64,000 bases of DNA from Spirochaetia bacterium (lineage in GTDB: Bacteria; Spirochaetota; Spirochaetia; SZUA-6; Bin103), in NCBI GenBank assembly GCA_965203905.1, contig CBDBDQ010000005.1, positions 6,912,001 through 6,976,000 on the forward strand, given 5' to 3'. The first letter of the stretch is position 1; every line of letters begins with the position of its first letter. Shown here piece by piece: positions 45,691-55,262 of this stretch. The position numbers were made by a program, and so were the translations under genes. The notes under the pieces are model-generated. The model was not told the origin of the DNA and made no database searches. It was given only the letters and a program-made list of their open reading frames with translations.

Positions 45691-48390
45691 GTGCCAGCGG
45701 CCTTAGTCATCGTTGAATCGCCTGCCAAGGCGAACACCATCGCCGGATACCTCGGCTCCGAATACGTCGTGGAATCCTCCATCGGCCACGTGCGCGACCT
45801 GCCGGAGAGCGCGGCAGCCATTCCGAAGCAGTACAAGGATCAGCCGTGGGCGCGACTCGGCATCGATGTCGACCACGGCTTCAAACCGCTCTACGTGGTA
45901 ACTCCCGACAAGCGCAAGCAGATAACCAAGCTCAGGAAACTGCTCGCCAAGGCGGACGTCCTGTATCTGGCGACCGACGAGGATCGCGAGGGAGAGGCGA
46001 TTGCCTGGCACCTGCAGCAGGTGCTGAAGCCTCCCAAGCGGGTCGACGTGAAGCGGATGGTGTTCCACGAGATCACCGCTCCGGCGATCCGTGCCGCGAT
46101 CGAGGCGCCGCGCGACATCGACCGCCGGCTGGTCGACTCCCAGGAGGCGCGGCGCATCCTGGACCGGCTCTACGGCTACGAAGTGTCGCCGGTGCTGTGG
46201 AAGAAGATCCAGCCGCGGCTGTCGGCGGGCCGTGTGCAGAGCGTCGCCACCCGCATCGTCGTGGAGCGGGAGCGCGAGCGAATGGCGTTCGTCGCCGCCG
46301 AGTACTGGAGCCTGACCGCGACCTTCGCTGTGGCCGGCGACGTGGCGGAGGGCAGTCCGCGCGAATTCGACGCCGCGCTAGTCAGTATCGACGAGCGGCC
46401 GGTCGCCACCGGCGCCAGCTTCGACCGCGCCGGCCGGCTCAAGAACGACGCCACCGTCCGTCTCGACGAAGCTGCGGCGCGCACCCTGATCGCCGTACTC
46501 GCCGATACGTCATTCAGGGTGCTCTCGGTCGAGAAGAAGCCCTACCGGCGGCGGCCCGCGGCGCCGTTCATGACCTCCACCCTGCAGCAGGAGGCGAGCC
46601 GCAAGCTGCGCATGTCGGCTACGGTGGCGATGCGCACCGCGCAGTCGCTGTACGAGAAAGGCTTCATCACCTACATGCGCACCGACAGCACCACGTTATC
46701 GGATGCAGCGTACGGCGCGGCCCGCGACATCATCCGTGACCGCTACGGCGACCGGTACCTGCCGGCGGCGCCGCGCCGCTATACCAAGAAGGTCAAGAAC
46801 GCCCAGGAGGCGCACGAAGCGATCCGTCCCGCCGGCAACCGCTTTCGCCTGCCGGAGGAGGTCGGACGCGCGGTGCCGCGCCAGGAGGCGGCGCTCTACG
46901 ACCTGATCTGGAAGCGTACCGTGGCCTCGCAGATGACCGACACCGTGGGCAGCACGGTCCACGTCCGCGTCGGCGGCACGGCCAGCGACGGCCGCGATGC
47001 GGAGTTCGCCGCCGCCGGCACCACCATCACCCACTACGGCTTTCGGCGCGTCTACTCGGAAGGCACCGACGAGGAACGGGGTGCGGCCGACGCGCGGCCG
47101 GATGGCGATCAGGAACGCCAGCTTCCGGCCCTGGCCGAGGGCGACGCCGCCGCCGCCCGCGCGATCGAGCCCACCGGCCACGCCACGCAGCCGCCGGCGC
47201 GGTTCACCGAGGCATCCCTGGTCAGGCAGTTGGAGACCCTGGGCGTCGGCCGTCCCTCCACCTACGCCACCATCATGACCACCATTCAGGACCGCGGCTA
47301 CGTGTGGAAGAAGGGCACCGCGCTCATTCCCACCTTTACCGCGTTCTCGGTGGTCAACCTGCTGGAGCGACACTTCTCCGACCTGGTCGATTACGCCTTC
47401 ACGGCGCGCATGGAGGATGAACTCGACAACATCGCCACCGGCGACGAGGAAGTGCGGCCGTGGTTGAGCCGATTCTACTTCGGCGCCGGGGAGAACGGTG
47501 ATCCGGGCCTGAAGGCGATGGTGTCGGACCGGCTCGGTGACATCGATGCCCGCGCCGTCAACTCGGTGGTGATCGGCGGCGGCCGGGACAGCGACGGCGA
47601 TGGCGGCGGCATCGTGGTCCGCGTGGGCCGCTACGGCACCTACCTGCAGCGCGGCGAGGCACGCGCCAATGTACCGGCCGAGGTCGCTCCCGACGAACTC
47701 ACGCTGGAGCGCGCGCTGGAGCTGATTCAGACGCCGAACGACGACCGGGTGCTCGGCGCTGACCCGGACAGCGGTCTGCCGGTGATCGCCCGTGCGGGGC
47801 GGTTCGGTCCCTACGTCCAGGTGGGCGAGGCGGACGGGACGGCCAAGGAGAAGCCGAAGACCGCGTCGCTGCTGGCGAGCATGAGCCTGGAAACCGTGAC
47901 CCTGGACCAGGCACTGAAGGTACTGTCGCTGCCGCGCGTAATCGGGACAGGCGCCGACGGCACCCCGGTCAGCGCCCACAACGGCCGCTACGGCCCCTAC
48001 ATCAAGAAGGGTAACGACAATCGCACGCTGGACTCGGAGGAGTTGCTGTTCACGATCACCCTGGAGCAGTGCGAGCGGATCCTGGCGCAACCCAAGCGCC
48101 GGCGCTCCCAGGCGGCCAAGGCGCCGTTGAAGGAGCTGGGCCCCGATCCGGCCACCGATCGCCCGATGGTGGTCAAGGAGGGGCGCTTCGGTCCCTACGT
48201 CACCGACGGCGAAACCAACGCTTCGCTACGCACCGGCGACTCGGTGGAGACCATCACCCCCGAGCGTGCCGCCGAGCTCCTCGTGCTGCGCCGCGAGCGC
48301 GGCCCGGCCCCGAAGCGGCGCTCCCCCGCCAAGCGTTCCGGCACTACGAGGCGAGCCACCCCGACCCGGCGCCGCACCGCGCCCAAGTAG
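45691..48390 (+). CDS. topA: DNA topoisomerase I with C-terminal repeats and a basic tail
   Basis: LVIVESPAKA, ATDEDREGE, SAGRVQS, ITYMRTDS and repeated GRYG/GRFGPY motifs. TTGACA-N19-TATTTT lies upstream. Confidence 0.96.
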   Translation: MPAALVIVESPAKANTIAGYLGSEYVVESSIGHVRDLPESAAAIPKQYKDQPWARLGIDVDHGFKPLYVVTPDKRKQITKLRKLLAKADVLYLATDEDREGEAIAWHLQQVLKPPKRVDVKRMVFHEITAPAIRAAIEAPRDIDRRLVDSQEARRILDRLYGYEVSPVLWKKIQPRLSAGRVQSVATRIVVERERERMAFVAAEYWSLTATFAVAGDVAEGSPREFDAALVSIDERPVATGASFDRAGRLKNDATVRLDEAAARTLIAVLADTSFRVLSVEKKPYRRRPAAPFMTSTLQQEASRKLRMSATVAMRTAQSLYEKGFITYMRTDSTTLSDAAYGAARDIIRDRYGDRYLPAAPRRYTKKVKNAQEAHEAIRPAGNRFRLPEEVGRAVPRQEAALYDLIWKRTVASQMTDTVGSTVHVRVGGTASDGRDAEFAAAGTTITHYGFRRVYSEGTDEERGAADARPDGDQERQLPALAEGDAAAARAIEPTGHATQPPARFTEASLVRQLETLGVGRPSTYATIMTTIQDRGYVWKKGTALIPTFTAFSVVNLLERHFSDLVDYAFTARMEDELDNIATGDEEVRPWLSRFYFGAGENGDPGLKAMVSDRLGDIDARAVNSVVIGGGRDSDGDGGGIVVRVGRYGTYLQRGEARANVPAEVAPDELTLERALELIQTPNDDRVLGADPDSGLPVIARAGRFGPYVQVGEADGTAKEKPKTASLLASMSLETVTLDQALKVLSLPRVIGTGADGTPVSAHNGRYGPYIKKGNDNRTLDSEELLFTITLEQCERILAQPKRRRSQAAKAPLKELGPDPATDRPMVVKEGRFGPYVTDGETNASLRTGDSVETITPERAAELLVLRRERGPAPKRRSPAKRSGTTRRATPTRRRTAPK

Positions 48391-48463
48391 CCGGGCCACC
48401 GATCGGCGGCCCGGCGGCGGCGACTATCGCGGCCGCCCAGAGGTCATGCTTGCGACGCCGCCT

Positions 48464-49150
48464 TCAGGCCGGCGCGCTCACCGGTTGGCGGCTGCCGAAT
48501 GTGCGCGGCCGGAAGTCCTCCCGGTTGGTGACGCTCGCGCTGCTGCCGGTTGCCCGAATCACGAACAGCCCCTGCCCCTCGGCATACTTGTCCGACGACT
48601 CGTCCGCCTTCAGGTAGGCCACCGCTCCATACGCGACATGACCCGCGTACTCCGGCATCAGCTCGGTGAAGTTCCGCAGCGTGTCCAGGAAATGATCGAC
48701 GTCGCGTACCTTCAACGTGGTCTTGACCTCCACGGCCACCACCTCGCTGCTGTTCACCGCGAGGATGTCGATCTCCCAGGTGCGCCCGCCGAAATTGCGC
48801 TCCAGGTTGGTCATGGTATGATGCACCTCAATGCTGCGGCGGTTAAGGAGTGCGACCAGATCGCCCTTGACCAGCGCTTCGATCAGCTTGCCCCACTGAC
48901 TGTTGAACAGCTCTTCGGTCTTGCGCAGTCGCCGGTCGGTCTCCCGCATCTGGCGGCGGGTTTCCTGCGTCTGGCGGTCCGTCTCCTGCATACGACGGTC
49001 GGTCTCCTGCATGCGACGATCCGTCTCCTGCATGCGACGATCCGTCTCCTGCATGCGACGATCCGTCTCCCGCTGACTCTCCGACAACTCGTGCAGGATC
49101 GCGCGGATCTCTTGCCAGGTGGCGCCGTTGTGCTCTCCGCTCTCAGCCAT
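48464..49150 (-). CDS. Coiled-coil plus PD-(D/E)XK nuclease-like protein (DUF3782-like), copy 1
   Basis: RRMQETD heptad x4, WGKLIE and EIDILAVN...VAVEVKT. Confidence 0.85.
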   Translation of the reverse strand: MAESGEHNGATWQEIRAILHELSESQRETDRRMQETDRRMQETDRRMQETDRRMQETDRQTQETRRQMRETDRRLRKTEELFNSQWGKLIEALVKGDLVALLNRRSIEVHHTMTNLERNFGGRTWEIDILAVNSSEVVAVEVKTTLKVRDVDHFLDTLRNFTELMPEYAGHVAYGAVAYLKADESSDKYAEGQGLFVIRATGSSASVTNREDFRPRTFGSRQPVSAPA

Positions 49151-49290
49151 TCGGTGTTCCCCCCAGGATCATGGTATCGCCCGGGACAGCCGTTGTCCTG
49201 CTCCCGGATGGACGGAGCGACGGACAGCATGCGTCCTCAGTGAGGCGGCCTCCCTGGTCGCCCTGCAATTCTCCCCATCAGCCGTGCTTC
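48464..49290. repeat. Tandem duplication unit 1 (gene plus upstream region)
   Basis: Nearly identical to 49551-50367. Confidence 0.92.
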
Positions 49291-49380
49291 AAGGCCTTCA
49301 AGCCAGTGCAGCAGCAAGCGCCAGACATCCGGTGGTCTCGACCGGTCGGCCCTCGGACGTGCCGTGGCCAGAAACCGCAG

Positions 49381-49490
49381 AGGGTGTTGGCGCTGCCGCG
49401 CTTGGTCGGCACGGCCGCCGACGGTACACCGGTGACCGCCCACCACGGCACGGCCGACGGGCCTACATCACCAAGTGCGGCGACAAGCGC
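49381..49490 (+). pseudogene. Degenerate topA C-terminal fragment
   Basis: RVLALPRLVGTAADGTPVTAHHG..YITKCGDKR versus topA KVLSLPRVIGTGADGTPVSAHNGRYGPYIKKGNDNR (47917-48024). Confidence 0.8.
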
Positions 49491-49550
49491 CGTTGCGTGG
49501 TGGCAATGGCGATCGGCAGATCGACCGGCTGGGGACTTGCAAGGCCACCC

Positions 49551-50219
49551 TCAGGCCGGCGCGCCCGTTACCGGTTGGCGCCCTCCGAACCTGCGGGGCC
49601 GGAAGTCCTCCCGGTTGGTGATGCTGGCACTGCTGCCGGTCGCCCGAATCACGAACAGCCCCTGCCCCTCGGCATACTTATCCGACGACTCGTCCGCTTT
49701 CAGGTAGGCCACCGCTCCATACGCGACATGACCCGCGTACTCCGGCATCAGCTCGGTGAAGTTCCGCAGCGTGTCCAGGAAATGATCGACGTCGCGTACC
49801 TTCAACGTGGTCTTGACCTCCACGGCCACCACCTCGCTGCTGTTCACCGCGAGGATGTCGATCTCCCAGGTGCGCCCGCCGAAATTGCGCTCCAGGTTGG
49901 TCATGGTATGATGCACCTCAATGCTGCGGCGGTTAAGGAGTGCGACCAGATCGCCCTTGACCAGCGCTTCGATCAGCTTGCCCCACTGACTGTTGAACAG
50001 CTCTTCGGTCTTGCGCAGTCGCCGGTCGGTCTCCCGCATCTGGCGGCGGGTTTCCTGCGTCTGGCGGTCCGTCTCCTGCATACGACGGTCGGTCTCCTGC
50101 ATGCGACGATCCGTCTCCTGCATGCGACGATCCGTCTCCCGCTGACTCTCCGACAACTCGTGCAGGATCGCGCGGATCTCTTGCCAGGAGGCGCCGTTGC
50201 GCTCGCCACTCTCAGCCAT
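49551..50219 (-). CDS. Coiled-coil plus PD-(D/E)XK nuclease-like protein (DUF3782-like), copy 2
   Basis: Same as copy 1 but with RRMQETD x3. Confidence 0.85.
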   Translation of the reverse strand: MAESGERNGASWQEIRAILHELSESQRETDRRMQETDRRMQETDRRMQETDRQTQETRRQMRETDRRLRKTEELFNSQWGKLIEALVKGDLVALLNRRSIEVHHTMTNLERNFGGRTWEIDILAVNSSEVVAVEVKTTLKVRDVDHFLDTLRNFTELMPEYAGHVAYGAVAYLKADESSDKYAEGQGLFVIRATGSSASITNREDFRPRRFGGRQPVTGAPA

Positions 50220-50367
50220 TTTGGTGTCCCCCAGGATCATGGTATCGTCCGGGACAGCCGTTGTCCTGCTTCCGGATGGACGGAGCGACGGACAGCATGC
50301 GTCCTCAGTGAGGCGGCCTCCCTGGTCGCCCTGCCATTGTACACCGACTCACCATCAGCCGTGCTTC
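49551..50367. repeat. Tandem duplication unit 2
   Basis: Nearly identical to 48464-49290. Confidence 0.92.
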
Positions 50368-50390
50368 GAGGGCGGTGCTATAGTGGTCCG

Positions 50391-51773
50391 GTGGCCACGC
50401 TGCTGTTCTTCGACGACTTCTACCTGAACCGCTGGGAAAACCTGCGGCGCCGCATCGGGCAACCGGAACTGGTGCCGGAGGCCACCTACAGCGACCCGGA
50501 GTTCTGGCTGGCCTCCGCCTACCCTACGGTGTTCCGCGACGCGAGCGGCATCTGGCGCTGCCTGTACCAGGGCAAGCCGCGCGCGGAGCCGCAGGAGCAG
50601 CGCTATCCGCTGCTGCTGGAAAGCGACGACGGCCTGCGCTGGCAGGCGCCGGACCTGACGCATGCCGTGCCACTGGACGAGCGCAGGTTCCGCAACCAGG
50701 TGATGCCCGTGACTCGGTTCCGCGAGTGGGACTGCTACTTCGACGCCCGCGCCGAGGATCCGCAGGAACGCCTCAAGGCGCTGGTCACCCACCCCTCCGG
50801 CACCAGCCTGTGGACCTCCGCGGACGGCCGGCGCTGGCGCGAGCTTCCCGGCGTACGGTGGCGCGCCGGAGCGCCCGATCCCCCCAGCACCGCGTTCTGG
50901 AACGAGCTGCGCAACTCGTACGTGATCAGCGCCCGTCCGACACCGCACAACCGGCCGCGACGGGTGGCGTTCTCGGAAACCAGGGACTGGCGCACGTTCA
51001 CCGAGCCGGAGCTGATCCTGACCTGCGACGCGCTGGACACTCCCCTGGCCGAGATCTACGGCATGATCGTGTTCCCCTACGAGGGCAAGTTCGTGGGGCT
51101 GCTGTGGATCTTCCATGTCGATCCGCACATTCCCAACAAGTACTTCGGCGGCGCCACCGACTGCCAGCTCGCCTACAGCTACAACGGCTGGCACTTCCAG
51201 CGCACCTTGCGTGAGCCGCTGTTTCCCAGCCCGGAGTTTGGCGCGCCCGGAGCCGGCACCCTGCGGCCGATCTCGCTGTTGGTCCACGAGCGGCAGATCC
51301 GGATCTACTCCAGCGCCTCGTACCTTGAGCATGGCCACCACGTCGCCGGCCACGATCCGGGAGCGCTGCTGATGCATCGCCTGCGCCTCGACGGCTTCGT
51401 CTACCTGGAATCCACCGGCGGCCCCGGACTCCTCGCCACGCGGCCCCTGTTCCTGCGCTCCGGCGACGTGCGCCTGAACGTCCAGGCGGCCCACGAGGTG
51501 CGGGTGCAGGTGACCGATCCCGAGGGCCGGTCGCTTCCCGGCTACACCTTCGCCGACGCCGAGCCGCTGCGCGGCGACGAGCTGTTCTGGACCCCGCGCT
51601 GGCGCAACCGGCGCTTGGAGGAGCTTACCCGGCAGGTGGTATGCCTGGAGATCCGTCTCCACCAGGCGCGCATCTACGCCGTCCGCGGGGACTTCGTCCC
51701 TACCATCCCCAGCGCCGCGCGCCGCTATGCGGAGACCGGCACGGAGCCGCAGTTCCAGCCGGGCCTGGAGTAG
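50391..51773 (+). CDS. Putative glycoside hydrolase (GH32/GH130-like beta-propeller plus C-terminal domain)
   Basis: LFFDD, ESDDGLRW, SADGRRW, EIYGM and LRLDGFV. TATAGT lies 6 nt upstream of the GTG. Confidence 0.7.
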   Translation: MATLLFFDDFYLNRWENLRRRIGQPELVPEATYSDPEFWLASAYPTVFRDASGIWRCLYQGKPRAEPQEQRYPLLLESDDGLRWQAPDLTHAVPLDERRFRNQVMPVTRFREWDCYFDARAEDPQERLKALVTHPSGTSLWTSADGRRWRELPGVRWRAGAPDPPSTAFWNELRNSYVISARPTPHNRPRRVAFSETRDWRTFTEPELILTCDALDTPLAEIYGMIVFPYEGKFVGLLWIFHVDPHIPNKYFGGATDCQLAYSYNGWHFQRTLREPLFPSPEFGAPGAGTLRPISLLVHERQIRIYSSASYLEHGHHVAGHDPGALLMHRLRLDGFVYLESTGGPGLLATRPLFLRSGDVRLNVQAAHEVRVQVTDPEGRSLPGYTFADAEPLRGDELFWTPRWRNRRLEELTRQVVCLEIRLHQARIYAVRGDFVPTIPSAARRYAETGTEPQFQPGLE

Positions 51774-51777
51774 TCGA

Positions 51778-52005
51778 TCACAACGCGTCGAATGTAGCGA
51801 CGGGGGCCTCGAAGTGCAGTTCCAACGCCTCGCGGAGATTCGCGATCGCTTCCGCGCGCGTTTTGCCCTGGCTTGCCACCTCCACCCCCCGCGCTCGGGC
51901 GACAAACCACTCGCCGTCACGCCAGACATCCGCCTCGACCTGACTCTCGGGCACCTGCACCGACACCCGCCGCGCGTCGTTAACCGTGGTCTCTCGCTGC
52001 ATCAC
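51778..52005 (-). CDS. HicB-like antitoxin (orphan)
   Basis: EWFVA...EVASQGKTRAEAIANLREALELHFE; no hicA is seen nearby. Confidence 0.75.
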   Translation of the reverse strand: MMQRETTVNDARRVSVQVPESQVEADVWRDGEWFVARARGVEVASQGKTRAEAIANLREALELHFEAPVATFDAL

Positions 52006-52110
52006 CGTTCCCCCAACCTCACTGACTCATCATACCATCATACCGATCGCATCACGCCGCCAAAGAGGTCCGTAAGAATAGCCTGGGACACTACCGGCTC
52101 GTCGTGCCGG

Positions 52111-52866
52111 CTATTGGATCATCAGCCCGCCGTCGACGGCGATGGTGGCGCCGGTGGTGTAGCTCGACTCGTCGGAGGCCAGGTAGACCGCGGCGCCGGC
52201 GAGCTCCCCGGTCCTGCCGAAGCGCTGCGCCGGGACCAGGCGGCGGCAGTAGTCGACCGCGTCCTGGGTGTCGTACCACGGCGTGATGGTGGTCTTGATG
52301 GTGCCGGGGGCGATGGCGTTGACCTGGATGTCGTGCTGCGCCAGCTCCAGGGCGGCGGACCGCGTCAGCATCTGGGAACCGCCCTTGCCGACGCAGTAGT
52401 GGGAGGCGCCGTCGTCCGCGATCTCGGCCGATACCGACGAGGTGATGATGATCTTGCCGCCGCCGCCGCGCTCGACCATGTGGCGGGCGGCGGCCTGGGC
52501 GCAGAAGAACTGGCCCTTGAGGTTGGTGTCGAGGGTGCGGTCGAACACCTCCTCGCTCACCTCCAGGAAGTCCGCGGCGAGGTGGATGCCGGCGTTGCAC
52601 ACGGCGATGTCGATGCGCCCGAAGGCGCCGAGCACGGTGCTGAACAGGACGTCGATGGATGCCTTGCGCGACACGTCGGCGGACACCCATAACCCGCGCC
52701 GTCCGAGTTGCTCGACCTCGCGCACGGTGCGCTGCGCGTCCTCCGCGGCGACATCCGCCACCGCGACGTGGGCGCCCTCCCGTGCGAACGCCAGCACGAT
52801 GGCGCGCCCGATCCCGCGCGCTCCTCCGGTGACCACGGCGTACTTGCCGGCTAGTCTCCCGCTCAT
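52111..52866 (-). CDS. SDR family oxidoreductase
   Basis: TGGARGIG, NAG, YCVGK and VNAIAPG. Confidence 0.93.
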   Translation of the reverse strand: MSGRLAGKYAVVTGGARGIGRAIVLAFAREGAHVAVADVAAEDAQRTVREVEQLGRRGLWVSADVSRKASIDVLFSTVLGAFGRIDIAVCNAGIHLAADFLEVSEEVFDRTLDTNLKGQFFCAQAAARHMVERGGGGKIIITSSVSAEIADDGASHYCVGKGGSQMLTRSAALELAQHDIQVNAIAPGTIKTTITPWYDTQDAVDYCRRLVPAQRFGRTGELAGAAVYLASDESSYTTGATIAVDGGLMIQ

Positions 52867-55262
52867 GCTCCCTCCTGCGGCTGAATCTCCAGGTCGTGGC
52901 GTCCCGGCGCCAGGCGGCGGCCGTCGGGGCACAGCGCCGTGGTCCCCTCCGGCACCACGAGGGTGGCCGCCAGCGGTGCGTCCGACTCCCGCTGCGACCA
53001 GGACACCTCGACCGGTCCGTGCGGGGTCGGCACCCGGCCCTCCGCCCAGCGCACTCCCAGACCCTGCGGTGCGAACCGGAACTCGGTGAAGCCCGGCGCC
53101 AGCGGCGCGATACCCAGCACTGCGCGCTGCAGCACGGGCAGCGGGGCACAGGCGTAGGCGTGGCACAGGCTGCCGCAGCCGCTCATCGACGAGCGCCCGT
53201 CCACCACCTCCCACAGCGTCGGCGTGTCCGCCTCCACCATGCCGCCCCACAACTCGCGCAGCACCTGCAGCGCGTGGCCGCCGCGGCCTGCACCCACCAG
53301 TGACGCCAGCACGAAGTACTGATAGCCCAGCTCCGACCGCACCGCCTCCGGATCGGTCAGCGCCTCCAGCGCCCCCGCCCGCTGCTCCGCCGGGAGCAGG
53401 TCGTAGTACAGCCCCAGAGCGTGGGGGATCTGGCTGAACGTGGGCCGGCCGTCCTCCGGCTCGGTGCAGTCCAGCAGGCGCCGCCGCTGCGGCTGCCACA
53501 GCGCGCCCACCAGCGCGGCGACCGTGGCCTGCGACCGCTCCTCCAGGTGGCGCGCCCGCGCAGCGTCGCCGGCCGCCGCGTGCAGCAGCGCCGCCTCCTT
53601 GCCGGCGGCCGCCACCAGCAGGTTGAGCACCGCCGTCTTGCCGCCCAGCCGGATCCCAGCGGTGTCGTATCCCCAGTCGATGAAGTTCCACTGCCCGGGC
53701 CGGTCGGGCACCAGCAGGTCCGTATCGCGCCAGGAGTCGAACAGCCCCAGCACGGCGTCCGCGGCCGGCAGCAGTTGCCGCACCAGCGCCAGGTCGCCGG
53801 TGAACCGGTAGTAGTCGGCCAGCACCATGATCCAGTTGGCGCTGGTCACCGGCAGCACCGAGTCGCGCGCCGACGGATAGCGGCCCGGAAACTGGCCGTT
53901 GGGGAACGCCGCCTCCGCGCTCACCCGCAGGTTGCGCTCCGGAAAGGTGCGCTCGGCGGTGAGGCACAGGTAGAACAGGTGCTCTTCGTAATAGTCATCC
54001 AGCCAGAAGGTCTGCTCGCGCCAGGGACAGTCGATGAACAGGTCGGTGCTGCAGGCCGCCACCGTGGCGCACGCCTTGTCCCACAGCCGGTTGAGGAACG
54101 GCTGATCGCAGCGGAACGACGCCTCCAGCGGCAGCGGGTAGACCCGGTCCACCAGCTCCAGCCCGTGCACCCGCACCGGTTCGGTGAAGCGGCGCAGGGT
54201 GAGCTGCACGATGCGGGCGCCGCGGTCGTGCAGCCGGGCGGCCACGCGCTGCCGGCCCGCGCGCAGGATGAAGCGGTCGGCGAAGCGGTAGATCGGCCCG
54301 GTGGGATTGAACCGCTTCGGGTCCAGCCGCCCGTTGCTGAGCCCCTCGTCGTAGCCGACGTCGACGAGGGTGCCGGCCGGGGCCTCGAGGTCCAGCAGCA
54401 GGTGGCCGCAGATCGCACGCTCGAAGTCGGCGATGAGATAGGCGCCTTCGGCCGCCGCCAGGGTGGTGAGCCGCGGCGACGGCAGGATCGTCGCCGTGCC
54501 GCCACGGGTCAGGGCGTCGACCTCCCGAAACAGGCGCTGCGACAGGCCGAGGTGCATCTCCACCTGCATCAGGCCGGCGTAGTCGACGTCCTCCTCGATA
54601 CCGGCCCGGTGCAACGGCACGGCGCCGGTCTCGACGATGCGCGCCGGCCGGAAGTGGCGTTCGGTGAGCGGGGGGATGTCGCGCGCCGTGAGCTCGCGGC
54701 CGCCGAGCCGGGCGCCGGCCGCGCACAGCTCCCGCGCCCCCTGCCAGCCGCCGAAGCGGTCCGCGCCCACCTCCCAGCCCACGGGATCGCGGCGCAGGTC
54801 GCGGTACTCGGAGTAGCCGATGTGATGCGTGTAGAAGGGTGCGTCCGCCCGCTGCGCCGGATCCACGCACACCTCCCACGAGGCGTCGGTCCCCACGAAC
54901 GGCTCGATCTGCGCAATCAGGGCCGGCAGCACCGGAGGCACGGTGCCCGTGGTGCCGCTGAGGGGGCAGTGGACCCGCGCCGCCACGGTGTTGCGACCGG
55001 CCACCAGCAGCGCACCGACCTCGTAGCTGTCGTAGAAGTATCGGTAGTGGGTGCCGCGCGCCGGCCCCGTGCCTACGTACTGGCCGTTGACGTACACCGC
55101 GTAGCGCGCCTCGGCGGCGATCCGCAACGTCGCCCGCTCCGGAAGCTGATCCAGCGCAAAGGAGCGTCGCGCCAGGAACGTGCAGTTGTCCGCCTGCGGT
55201 CCCGGCACCGTGATCCAACGCGCACCGCTCAGTGCCGACCCTGACTCGGGGTATGCGATCAC
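52863..55262 (-). CDS. Alpha-L-rhamnosidase-like protein (GH78)
   Basis: DCPWREQ..W.DD, FIDW, TLWE, SLCHAY and GRVPTPHG.VEVSW. The start is approximate. Confidence 0.88.
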   Translation of the reverse strand: MIAYPESGSALSGARWITVPGPQADNCTFLARRSFALDQLPERATLRIAAEARYAVYVNGQYVGTGPARGTHYRYFYDSYEVGALLVAGRNTVAARVHCPLSGTTGTVPPVLPALIAQIEPFVGTDASWEVCVDPAQRADAPFYTHHIGYSEYRDLRRDPVGWEVGADRFGGWQGARELCAAGARLGGRELTARDIPPLTERHFRPARIVETGAVPLHRAGIEEDVDYAGLMQVEMHLGLSQRLFREVDALTRGGTATILPSPRLTTLAAAEGAYLIADFERAICGHLLLDLEAPAGTLVDVGYDEGLSNGRLDPKRFNPTGPIYRFADRFILRAGRQRVAARLHDRGARIVQLTLRRFTEPVRVHGLELVDRVYPLPLEASFRCDQPFLNRLWDKACATVAACSTDLFIDCPWREQTFWLDDYYEEHLFYLCLTAERTFPERNLRVSAEAAFPNGQFPGRYPSARDSVLPVTSANWIMVLADYYRFTGDLALVRQLLPAADAVLGLFDSWRDTDLLVPDRPGQWNFIDWGYDTAGIRLGGKTAVLNLLVAAAGKEAALLHAAAGDAARARHLEERSQATVAALVGALWQPQRRRLLDCTEPEDGRPTFSQIPHALGLYYDLLPAEQRAGALEALTDPEAVRSELGYQYFVLASLVGAGRGGHALQVLRELWGGMVEADTPTLWEVVDGRSSMSGCGSLCHAYACAPLPVLQRAVLGIAPLAPGFTEFRFAPQGLGVRWAEGRVPTPHGPVEVSWSQRESDAPLAATLVVPEGTTALCPDGRRLAPGRHDLEIQPQEGA

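Noticed and set aside
48978-50139. 21-bp tandem repeats as a possible CRISPR array
   Set aside because: The units are contiguous with no spacers and encode in-frame heptads; no cas genes are present.
49119-51773. 884-aa ORF as a single fusion protein
   Set aside because: The N-terminal half is antisense to nuclease copy 2; the real gene starts at GTG 50391 after TATAGT.
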